Part shown: one piece after another, positions 52,467 through 60,920 of the stretch
Layout: every line of letters begins with the position of its first letter
Numbering within the stretch: position 1 is the first letter of the stretch
Assembly (NCBI GenBank): GCA_949299165.1
Contig: CASFZJ010000001.1
Location: forward strand, 67,504 to 131,503
Reading direction: 5' to 3'
From: an uncultured bacterium
GTDB taxonomy: Bacteria; Bacillota_I; Bacilli_A; RFN20; CAG-826
Length of the DNA: 64,000 nucleotides
The notes under the pieces: generated by a model
What the model was told of the DNA's origin: nothing
Databases searched by the model: none
The model's input: the letters and a program-made list of their open reading frames with translations, nothing else
Position numbers and translations under genes: made by a program

Positions 52467-53669
52467 ATGAATGATGAATTATTAACTTTATTAGATAAAT
52501 TTTACGCTATTAACCATTATAATATGGCTCTTTATAGTGAAGAAAATAAGTTAATCAAACTCTATAGTTCATCTAGTTTTTATACTAAAATTTATCCTCG
52601 TTTTCTTAATTATAAAGACAATGAATATTTAACTAAAAAAGAAGGCTACATAGGCATTTATAGTTTAATTGTTGATAAAATCACCAAAAATAAATTAATA
52701 ATTGGTCCTTTTATCAATAAAGATATAAGTTTATCAACTTTAAACTATATTAAATATGAATATAATCTTAGTGATGTTGAGATTAATGATCTTCAAAAAG
52801 AAATAACTTCCTCTTCTTTTAACAATTATTTAATTTTTTTAAACTTAACTTCCTTCTTTAATTATTTAATCAATAAAGACGAATTAAATATTGTCGATAT
52901 TTTTATTAATGAAAGTAAAAATATCGAACCAGAAATTAAAAAAGAAGAGGCTCAAAATTTCATAAAAGGAAGTTATGAAAATAAATATCATGGAACCTAT
53001 GAAGTTGAACAATTAATTGGAAAATATATTGAAAATGGCGATATTGAAGGCTTAGATAATTATTTTAATTATATTTCTCAAAACGTATCTTTTAACGAGG
53101 GTAAACTTGCTGAAACCGAACTTCGCCAACAAAAAAATCTCTTTATTGGTTTAATTGCTGTCCTTGGAAAAGGACCTTTAATTAGAGGTGGATTAAGCAT
53201 TGAAGAAGCATATAATTTAATCGATTTTTATACTCAAGAATGTGAAAAACTAACTACTGTTGAAGCTATTAATAACTTGCGATACATTGCTGTTACAAAT
53301 TTTGCTAAAAAGATTCGTAGCATTAAAAAAGAAAGTAATTATTCAAAAGACGTTATATCAGCAATCGATTATATTAAAGCTAATATTACTTCTAGTTTTG
53401 GCGTTGATGAAGTTATTGAAAGTTTAGGAAAGAAAAGAACTTCATTCTTAAATCAATTTAAAAAAGAAACCTCGATGACATTAGGAAAATACATTCAAAA
53501 AGCAAAACTAGAAGAAACAAAAAATCTTTTAGAATTTTCTGATACATCAATTTTAGATATAAGTATTATCTTTAATTTTTCTTCTCAAGCTTATTTTCAA
53601 AACTTATTTAAAAAGGAATTTGGAATTACACCACTAGAATTTCGAAAGCAAAAAAGAGGTACTAATTAA
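52467..53669 (+). CDS. AraC-family transcriptional regulator
   Basis: C-terminal ISIIFNFSSQAYFQNLFKKEFGITPLEFR; paralogous to 32760..33947; divergent from the GH2-xyl operon. Confidence 0.92.
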   Translation: MNDELLTLLDKFYAINHYNMALYSEENKLIKLYSSSSFYTKIYPRFLNYKDNEYLTKKEGYIGIYSLIVDKITKNKLIIGPFINKDISLSTLNYIKYEYNLSDVEINDLQKEITSSSFNNYLIFLNLTSFFNYLINKDELNIVDIFINESKNIEPEIKKEEAQNFIKGSYENKYHGTYEVEQLIGKYIENGDIEGLDNYFNYISQNVSFNEGKLAETELRQQKNLFIGLIAVLGKGPLIRGGLSIEEAYNLIDFYTQECEKLTTVEAINNLRYIAVTNFAKKIRSIKKESNYSKDVISAIDYIKANITSSFGVDEVIESLGKKRTSFLNQFKKETSMTLGKYIQKAKLEETKNLLEFSDTSILDISIIFNFSSQAYFQNLFKKEFGITPLEFRKQKRGTN

Positions 53670-53918
53670 CTACTAAAAACCTACTAATTTACAAACAACC
53701 TGCAAAACTTAACTTTTTCATACTAATTTTATCCGCAAAATCTACTAAATACTTACTAATAACTACATCTTTTTTTCACTTTTTCAGTTTAATGAAACAG
53801 GTTGTTGGAAAAATCAAAATTATGTTTTAATAAAAGCTGTCATCATTTTCCACGATAGTTTATTAAAATCTTTAAACACACTTCATTTATATTTGACTTT
53901 TCAACTAAATTTTTTAAT

Positions 53919-54317
53919 ATGAAATTGGTTATGACATTAGAAGAATATTTAGCTTTCCATAAGAAAAGCAAAGAAAAAAGCTGCGATTTAGTTACATATT
54001 TATATTATTTAATGGATAAATATGATTTCGATGCGCCAACTTTATACAATAAAGCAAACATTTCAAAACAACTTTATTCAGCAATCATATCAGGTAAAAC
54101 TAATCCTTCACTTAACACACTTCTAAAAATAGTATTTGCAATGAAATTAACTAATCATGAATGCAAATATCTCCTTAAAAAAGGATCTTTTACTTTAGCT
54201 TCATCTTCAATTTATTCCCTAATAACCCGTTATTGTCTTGAAAATAAAATATACGAACTTCATAAAGTTAACGATTTATTAGCTTCCTATGGTTATAAAA
54301 ATAAAATAATTGAATAA
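53919..54317 (+). CDS. XRE-like HTH protein (family often fused to macro domains)
   Basis: LYNKANISKQLYSAIISGKTNPS..TLLKI...LL...FTL..SS..LI.RYCLENKIY...VNDLL. Confidence 0.7.
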   Translation: MKLVMTLEEYLAFHKKSKEKSCDLVTYLYYLMDKYDFDAPTLYNKANISKQLYSAIISGKTNPSLNTLLKIVFAMKLTNHECKYLLKKGSFTLASSSIYSLITRYCLENKIYELHKVNDLLASYGYKNKIIE

Positions 54318-54383
54318 AAGTCAAATCTCATTTGTCCTTTTACCACTACTTTTTATTTAAAATTTAGCTGGAGGAAGTAAGAA

Positions 54384-55043
54384 ATGGAATTACTTGAAAA
54401 AATTGAAAACAATTTTAAAACAAAATATAACATTAATAATGAAAATGACATGTACGCCTTAACTCATTCTAGCGTTACACTTTCATTGATGATTGCAACT
54501 TATGCACATAAGGGGCAATATCGTAGAAATGGCGAACCATATATTTTACATCCAATTAGGATGATGGAACTTTATAAAGATTTAATTGGAATCAATGAAA
54601 ATCCAGAAAATATTGATATTGATATGATGCATAAACTAAGTTTACCTTATGAAGGAATTATGGAACTTTGTTTATTACATGATGTTATCGAGGATACATC
54701 AATTACTATTTCTGATATTGAGTCGATTTTCCAAGAAAAAAAATTAGGAATTTATTTCAATTTATACATTAAAAACGAACTTATTTTATTAACACACAAA
54801 AAAGGTGAGCCATACGAAGAATATTTAAAAAGAGTTGTAATTAGCAAATCAGCTTCATTAGTGAAGATCTTAGACATGTACAATAATTCTAATTATTTAA
54901 CAAGTGGCGAATTAGAAAATAATTTATTAGATAAAATTCAAAACTACCAAAAGTACATTTTAATACTTGTTCACGTTCACAAATTTAATAAAACATTTTT
55001 GAAATATAATGAGTTTAGAAAAGAACATGGACGGATGGATTGA
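54384..55043 (+). CDS. HD-domain small alarmone hydrolase-like protein (RelA/SpoT HD, Mesh1-like)
   Basis: AHKGQYRRNGEPYILHP, LLHDVIEDT, LLTH, KILDMYNN (cf. K.aDR.hN); RBS GGAGG. Confidence 0.8.
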   Translation: MELLEKIENNFKTKYNINNENDMYALTHSSVTLSLMIATYAHKGQYRRNGEPYILHPIRMMELYKDLIGINENPENIDIDMMHKLSLPYEGIMELCLLHDVIEDTSITISDIESIFQEKKLGIYFNLYIKNELILLTHKKGEPYEEYLKRVVISKSASLVKILDMYNNSNYLTSGELENNLLDKIQNYQKYILILVHVHKFNKTFLKYNEFRKEHGRMD

Positions 55044-55108
55044 TAATTGTAAAAACAAAAGAATTTTTAAATTAAACACAGCATTTTCAATTCTGATATA
55101 ATTTTTAT

Positions 55109-57967
55109 ATGCGTGATAACTTCCCTGAACTAATCCAAAACTATTTTGACGAACAGAATTATGCTGTCAATGATTTTGTTTACAACGATTCAGAAGAACA
55201 AAGGAAAGTTTCTACAGAAATAATAAAGAATCTTGAAACATGTGATGAATTTTATTTTTCTGTTGCTTTTATTACGGAAAGCGGATTAGTTCAACTCAAA
55301 CAAGCGTTGAAAGAAGCCATTAAAAGAGATGTTAAAGGTAAAATTTTAACGACAAACTATTTAACTTTTAGCGAGCCAAAAGCTTTAAGTGATTTACTCA
55401 AATTACCTAATATAGAAACAAGAATGTATTACTTAACAAAAGAGGATCAAATTGGCTTTCACACTAAAGGATATATTTTTAAAAAAGGCGATAAATATAG
55501 TGTAATAATTGGTTCGAGCAACATCACTAGCAAAGCATTAAATATTAACAAAGAATGGAACAGCTTAATTTCAGGAACATCAGAAAATAAAGCGATTATC
55601 AATGTTTTAAAAGAGTTTAATGTCATGTTTGAAAAAGCCACTCCTTTAAAAGATGTTATTGATAATTATAAAACTGAATACGATAGCAAACTTATTGTTA
55701 AAACGGAAAACAATGTAAATAAATATATCAAATTGACTCCAAATGAAATGCAACGTCAATTTATTTTTAATATTAACAAGTTGATTAATCAAAACCAGAA
55801 AAGAGGCTTATTAATCAGTGCTACTGGAACTGGAAAGACATTTGCTAGCGCGTTTGCCGTTAAAGAAATTGAAAATTTTAAAGTTAACCGACTTTTGTTT
55901 ATTGCTCATCGTGAAACGATTTTAAAGCAATCTTTGAATACGTTTAATTTAGTTTTCAATGATTCAAGCATTAAAACTGCTTTATTTACCGGAAACAGTA
56001 AAGATATAGATGGCGCTAACTTCATTTTTGCAAGTTATTCATTAATTCAAAAAAGAGAGTATTTAACTAAATTTAAATCAAACGAATTCGATATGATTAT
56101 TATCGATGAAGTCCATAGAGTCGGCGAAAACCATTATCAAGACATTATTAATTATTTTAAACCTAAATTCTTATTAGGTATGAGCGCCACACCTGATAGA
56201 ACAGACAACTACGATATTTATTCATTATTTGATCACAATATTATCTATGAAATCAGATTAATGGACGCTCTCAATTTGAATCTATTAACTCCCTTCAACT
56301 ATTTTGGAATTAGTGATTTGGAAGTAAATGGTGTTAAGATTGATGATTATTCCGATTTTAACTTATTAACTAGCGACGAAAGAGTAAAACATATAATTGA
56401 AGAAAGCGAATATTATGGCTTTTCAGGTAATCGAATTAAGGGGCTTATTTTTGTTAACAAAATCGATGTTGGTGAAGAAATCGCTACAAAATTGAATAAA
56501 TTTGGCAAAAAAGCTTTATTTTTAAGCGGTGCTGACTCTCCTGAAAAAAGAGAGGACGCAATTAAACGATTAGAAGAAGACAACTATAATGAAAATTCGT
56601 TAGATTACATCATCACAGTTGACATCTTTAACGAGGGTGTAGATATCCCTTCTGTTAACCAAATCATTTTGCTTAGACCCACTAAATCTTCAATCGTTTT
56701 TATTCAACAAATCGGTAGAGGTTTAAGAAAATTTAGAAATAAAGAATTCCTTGTTATATTAGACTTCATTGGAAACTATAAAGAAAACTTCAATATCGTA
56801 AAAGCGTTTAATAAATATAAATGGAATAAAGGAAACGCAACCAAAACCGTGAACGAAGTTTTGCCAGGGCTTTCATCAATTTCATTTGATAAAATTTCCA
56901 AAGAATTAATTTTCAAATCAATTGATAATGCCAAAATTAATACCAAAAAAGAAATTTATTCTAATTATTTAGATGTTAAAAATAGACTCAATCACATTCC
57001 ATCTTTGCTTGAATTAGACAAATTTAGCACTACTCCAGTTAATGTCTTTTTAGATGATCAAGTTTATCGTTCTTATTATGATTTTTTGCTAGAAAAAGAT
57101 GAGATTGATAGCGAAAGAGAGTATTTAAATTTAAAAGAGCGAGCATTGCTTTCGTATTTTTCAAAATATGTTTTTGACGGCAAGAGAAAATGCGACATCG
57201 AGCTTGTTGAAAGTCTTTGTTTTAACGGAACTTATAAACTCAAAAATCAACTTAATAAAAATAATTTCATGTACAAAATCTATGAAGAATTTATAACAAT
57301 GTCAGGGTTTACAAATAAAAATAAATGGACTTTTGCGTGGTTTTCCGATAAAAACAATGAAATTATAGCCAATTCTGAGTTGATTGAAACAATGGAAAAT
57401 CCTGTTTTTGTTAAGTTCTTAGAAGATGGTTTGGAATACGCAAAATACTCTAATAAAGTAAATTACAAAGACTCTAATTACTTTGTTTTAAATGAAAAAT
57501 ATACCAGAGTTGATGTTTCAAGAATTGCAAATTTAAGCAGAAATGATGTTAATACAATTTATGGATACCGCATTAAAAAGGAACAAGGGATCACACCTAT
57601 TTTTATTAACTATTCCAAACAAGAAAACGATATAAAATATCAAGACCATTTTATTTCACCAAGTGTTATTAATTGGAGCTCACGTTCCAATTTAACTCTT
57701 GATTCAAAAGAAATTAAAGAGCTCATTGAATTTTCAAAAAAAGGAATATCGAAACTACAGCTCTTCATCCAAAAATCTAACTTAAAAATGTTAAAAGATG
57801 ATGGTTTTTATTATCTAGGAGAAGCCACAATTTCAGACGCACAAAATTTTATTGATCCTGAAACAAATAAAAAATTAGTGCATTTTAAGCTACTACTGAA
57901 AAATCCTGTTCGTTACGATATTTATGAATATTTAACGACTTGTTCTGACGATACAATTAAATATTGA
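55109..57967 (+). CDS. SauUSI-like type IV (modification-dependent) restriction enzyme: PLD nuclease + SF2 helicase + DUF3427
   Basis: FHTKGY and GSSN (PLD), SATGTGKT, DEVH, SATPDR, VDIFNEGVDIP, QQIGRGLR; C-terminal YQDHFISPSVINWSSR; 952 aa; adjacent Nudix gene. Confidence 0.85.
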   Translation: MRDNFPELIQNYFDEQNYAVNDFVYNDSEEQRKVSTEIIKNLETCDEFYFSVAFITESGLVQLKQALKEAIKRDVKGKILTTNYLTFSEPKALSDLLKLPNIETRMYYLTKEDQIGFHTKGYIFKKGDKYSVIIGSSNITSKALNINKEWNSLISGTSENKAIINVLKEFNVMFEKATPLKDVIDNYKTEYDSKLIVKTENNVNKYIKLTPNEMQRQFIFNINKLINQNQKRGLLISATGTGKTFASAFAVKEIENFKVNRLLFIAHRETILKQSLNTFNLVFNDSSIKTALFTGNSKDIDGANFIFASYSLIQKREYLTKFKSNEFDMIIIDEVHRVGENHYQDIINYFKPKFLLGMSATPDRTDNYDIYSLFDHNIIYEIRLMDALNLNLLTPFNYFGISDLEVNGVKIDDYSDFNLLTSDERVKHIIEESEYYGFSGNRIKGLIFVNKIDVGEEIATKLNKFGKKALFLSGADSPEKREDAIKRLEEDNYNENSLDYIITVDIFNEGVDIPSVNQIILLRPTKSSIVFIQQIGRGLRKFRNKEFLVILDFIGNYKENFNIVKAFNKYKWNKGNATKTVNEVLPGLSSISFDKISKELIFKSIDNAKINTKKEIYSNYLDVKNRLNHIPSLLELDKFSTTPVNVFLDDQVYRSYYDFLLEKDEIDSEREYLNLKERALLSYFSKYVFDGKRKCDIELVESLCFNGTYKLKNQLNKNNFMYKIYEEFITMSGFTNKNKWTFAWFSDKNNEIIANSELIETMENPVFVKFLEDGLEYAKYSNKVNYKDSNYFVLNEKYTRVDVSRIANLSRNDVNTIYGYRIKKEQGITPIFINYSKQENDIKYQDHFISPSVINWSSRSNLTLDSKEIKELIEFSKKGISKLQLFIQKSNLKMLKDDGFYYLGEATISDAQNFIDPETNKKLVHFKLLLKNPVRYDIYEYLTTCSDDTIKY

Positions 57968-58358
57968 AATGTTCTTTTAAATAAGGAATTACTAATTTAT
58001 CAGCAGGTAAAAGATCGATAGAATCTACATCTTTTAAGTGGTTTAACTCAATCCATTTTAAAGCTTCGTGTTCTAATAAATTCACATGACCTTCCAAAAT
58101 AGAGCAGACATAAACATTCATTGTTAAATGGAAAGTTCTATAATCATAATCTACAACACAAAGAAATTTTTCAGGATTGATCAACATATTTAGTTCTTCT
58201 TTAATCTCTCTTTTGATTGCATCTTCCTGAGTTTCATTTTGCTCGATTTTTCCGCCAGGAAATTCCCATTTATCTTTAAATTCGCCATAACCTCTTTGGG
58301 TTAAAAGTAATTTCCTATCTTTAATAATTGCCGCAGCAACAACATCAATTTTTCTCAT
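57957..58358 (-). CDS. MutT-like Nudix hydrolase
   Basis: WEFPGGKIEQNETQEDAIKREIKEEL Nudix box; LLEHEALKW, LPAD. Confidence 0.93.
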   Translation of the reverse strand: MRKIDVVAAAIIKDRKLLLTQRGYGEFKDKWEFPGGKIEQNETQEDAIKREIKEELNMLINPEKFLCVVDYDYRTFHLTMNVYVCSILEGHVNLLEHEALKWIELNHLKDVDSIDLLPADKLVIPYLKEHFNI

Positions 58359-58429
58359 AAAAAAAGTTTACTCACAATAAACTCATCTCGCAACAACATG
58401 TTTATATGAAATTTGAATAAAATTTAAGT

Positions 58430-58845
58430 TTTTTAAAACTTTTTCCGATCCAATTACAAATTTGTATATTTCAACAATAATTACCATTAATTAGTAACTA
58501 AAAAATTAGTTAATCGTTCACCTTCTTTTGCACAACCTACATTTTCTTACATAGACGACCCCCATATTAAATTTGTAAATAACTTTTTTTCTTAACAATA
58601 AAAAGGCAATAATGATTTAAAACATTTTTAAATTAATTAAATCAAACCTCTCTTCTTTAAGTTAGTAATTTAGATTAAGCAAAAGAAGATTTAATAATAA
58701 CACTTAAGGCACATATCTAATCGATTGATAGCCTATCGTTCATCGATTTTCTTCTTGAATATTGAATATCTGAAATATAAACATCAAGTTCTTTGTCATA
58801 TTTTTCATTAACTAAAACTTTTTTCTCTTTTTTTGATTTAGCAAT
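58430..58845 (-). pseudogene. decayed duplicate of about 59690-60110 (remnants of two small genes)
   Basis: Collinear similarity at ~1.26-kb offset, e.g. ATCGTTCATCGATTTTCTTCTTGAATATTGAATAT in both copies; reading frames broken. Confidence 0.85.
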
Positions 58846-58943
58846 AGCAAAAGGACTACAAAAAGCAAGCATTTATCATTTTTGAATTAATGCTATATTA
58901 GTCCTTTTCTGATACAACTAATCTTTCTAACCTAGCATAGAAA

Positions 58944-59159
58944 TCATAAATCATACTCTACAAGTGGGTTTTCTTTAAACATCGGAAGAATTTTATCTAA
59001 AACCGAATCCATACATTCACAGCAAAGTATGACATCGATTTTTTCTAAATCATGCTTAGAGCCAAATCCAAAATAATGTTTAAAATGAAAATTTTCTTGT
59101 TTATCAAAAAATTCAAGATTTTTTCCACACATTGAACATTTATTTACATCTTTTTTCAT
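58944..59159 (-). CDS. small Zn-ribbon-like protein
   Basis: CSMCGK...LCCECMD, two CxxC pairs in 71 aa. Confidence 0.6.
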   Translation of the reverse strand: MKKDVNKCSMCGKNLEFFDKQENFHFKHYFGFGSKHDLEKIDVILCCECMDSVLDKILPMFKENPLVEYDL

Positions 59160-59350
59160 AAACTATCATCGATCTTATATGTTTTTCCGCGCAAGTACGA
59201 TTATCATTAAATTTGCAACGTATCATAAACAAAGCTATAAATATTAGATATTTTTAACTCCACAACCGCAAGTTCAGAATAGGTTGTCTTGGATATCACC
59301 AAACGTAATGCTATTAATAAAGTAGTCACATACGATAAATATTTAGGCAA

Positions 59351-59806
59351 TCAATGGATGTATACATCCATAAAATAATCAAAATTATAATCAAATGACT
59401 CTTTATCTTCTTTTACTTCTTTGTAGTTATTTATTCCTCTAGTAAAACTTTCTCTTATTTCTTTAAGTATTGATTCGACTACTTTTTTATATCTTCTGAT
59501 TTCAATAGTATCTTCGACCGGATCTATCTCAAAATCACTAACTATTTCTTCTTCTAAAAAATTTTCCATCCAAAATATTAAATCAATATATTTAGAGGAG
59601 ATCATTTTATTTTTTTGAAGATAGAAATCATTAAAAATTAATCTCACTCTTCTGATAGCATGCTTAAAAACTTTATCTAAATTCTCATAAGCTATATCCG
59701 GAGTCGTAGAATAATCATATATTTCAGCAATAATTACCATTAATTCATAACTAAAAAACTTTGTTAATCGTTCAACTTCTTTTTCATAAACACAATTTTC
59801 TTCCAT
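59351..59806 (-). CDS. hypothetical acidic protein
   Basis: 151-aa ORF with RBS GAGG; its 5' part has a decayed copy at 58430-58555. Confidence 0.65.
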   Translation of the reverse strand: MEENCVYEKEVERLTKFFSYELMVIIAEIYDYSTTPDIAYENLDKVFKHAIRRVRLIFNDFYLQKNKMISSKYIDLIFWMENFLEEEIVSDFEIDPVEDTIEIRRYKKVVESILKEIRESFTRGINNYKEVKEDKESFDYNFDYFMDVYIH

Positions 59807-59946
59807 AAACTGTACCTCGCGTATTAAATTCCTATAAGTAACTTTGTTATTCTAAACGATTGAAATTTAATGAATTTAAACATCTTTAAAGTAATCAAAT
59901 AAAACTTCTTCTTTAAGCTAGTAATTCGAATTAAACAAGTGAAAAT

Positions 59947-60282
59947 TTAGTAATACCAGTTAAGACACATATCTAATCGCTTGATAGTCTTATCGTTCAT
60001 CGATTTTCTTCTTGAATATTGAATATTTGGAATATAAATATCAAGTTCTTTATCGTATTTTTCATTAACTAGAAGCATTTTTCTTCTTTGCTTTTTGATT
60101 TGATAATGTTTAATTAATCGTTTTTGTTTGGGCGGAAGGGAATTAAACCTTTTTATAAATTTATCGTTCCAACTGATCATATAACCAGATCCGAAACGTG
60201 AACATACATCATATTTTTTCTTCATTTTTCTTCTCCCAAAACACTTTCTAGTATGCCTGTTTCTTTTTTTATATGTTTTCAT
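59947..60282 (-). CDS. small highly basic hypothetical protein
   Basis: 111 aa, K/R-rich; its 3' half has a decayed copy at 58680-58845. Confidence 0.55.
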   Translation of the reverse strand: MKTYKKRNRHTRKCFGRRKMKKKYDVCSRFGSGYMISWNDKFIKRFNSLPPKQKRLIKHYQIKKQRRKMLLVNEKYDKELDIYIPNIQYSRRKSMNDKTIKRLDMCLNWYY

Positions 60283-60305
60283 AAGTATTAAACATCTTTT
60301 AAAAA

Positions 60306-60644
60306 CTAAAGAATATTATATCCATTACATGTGTAATATTTATTTTCTAAAGAATTAGTATCCATGTATCTGCCATTATCGAATATCACACCATTAACCG
60401 GATACTCCATGAAGTTAAGACTGTCTGAAGGCAAATACTTCTCCCTGCTTCTTATTTTTTTACGATCGTTTCTTTTTAAAAAACGTTTCATGTACATGCC
60501 GCCTATAGAATACCTTACAATCCTCTCCTTAAGTTCATCATATCTATAACCACTTAGATAAATCGATCTTGGGTCGCATCTTTTCATTTTTCGATTTATT
60601 ATTCTTTTACCAATCATTTTTCTATAATATCTATCTCGCTTCAT
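60306..60644 (-). CDS. small highly basic hypothetical protein
   Basis: 112 aa, K/R/Y-rich, co-oriented with the neighbouring ORF. Confidence 0.55.
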   Translation of the reverse strand: MKRDRYYRKMIGKRIINRKMKRCDPRSIYLSGYRYDELKERIVRYSIGGMYMKRFLKRNDRKKIRSREKYLPSDSLNFMEYPVNGVIFDNGRYMDTNSLENKYYTCNGYNIL

Positions 60645-60886
60645 AAAAATATAGTATTAAAACCGAACAAGAACTTTACTAGCTAATACTTAAAAATTAA
60701 ATTTTTGTGTTTTAAAAGTTTAAAAGCTTTTTAATAAAGTTAATTTATTTGCAAAAAATATCCAGTTTAACAATATTCTTTGCAATCTTATATGCGTTTT
60801 GGACGCCTTTTCTCTATACAATTTAATAAAAACCAGTTCTATCTAAATATTCTCACTACTTTTGTTTTTATAATTAATTATTTAAT

Positions 60887-60920
60887 TTTAACAAGCCCCG
60901 GCTAAGCGAGGCTTGTTAAA
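60887..60920. terminator. hairpin overlapping the protease stop codon
   Basis: TTTAACAAGCC-N12-GGCTTGTTAAA, with an A/T-rich flank. Confidence 0.6.

Noticed and set aside
33945-57967. TGA-to-Trp (Mollicute code 4)
   Set aside because: TGA ends genes at expected lengths (33947, 55043, 57967, 50057), and no TGA interrupts long ORFs at Trp positions.
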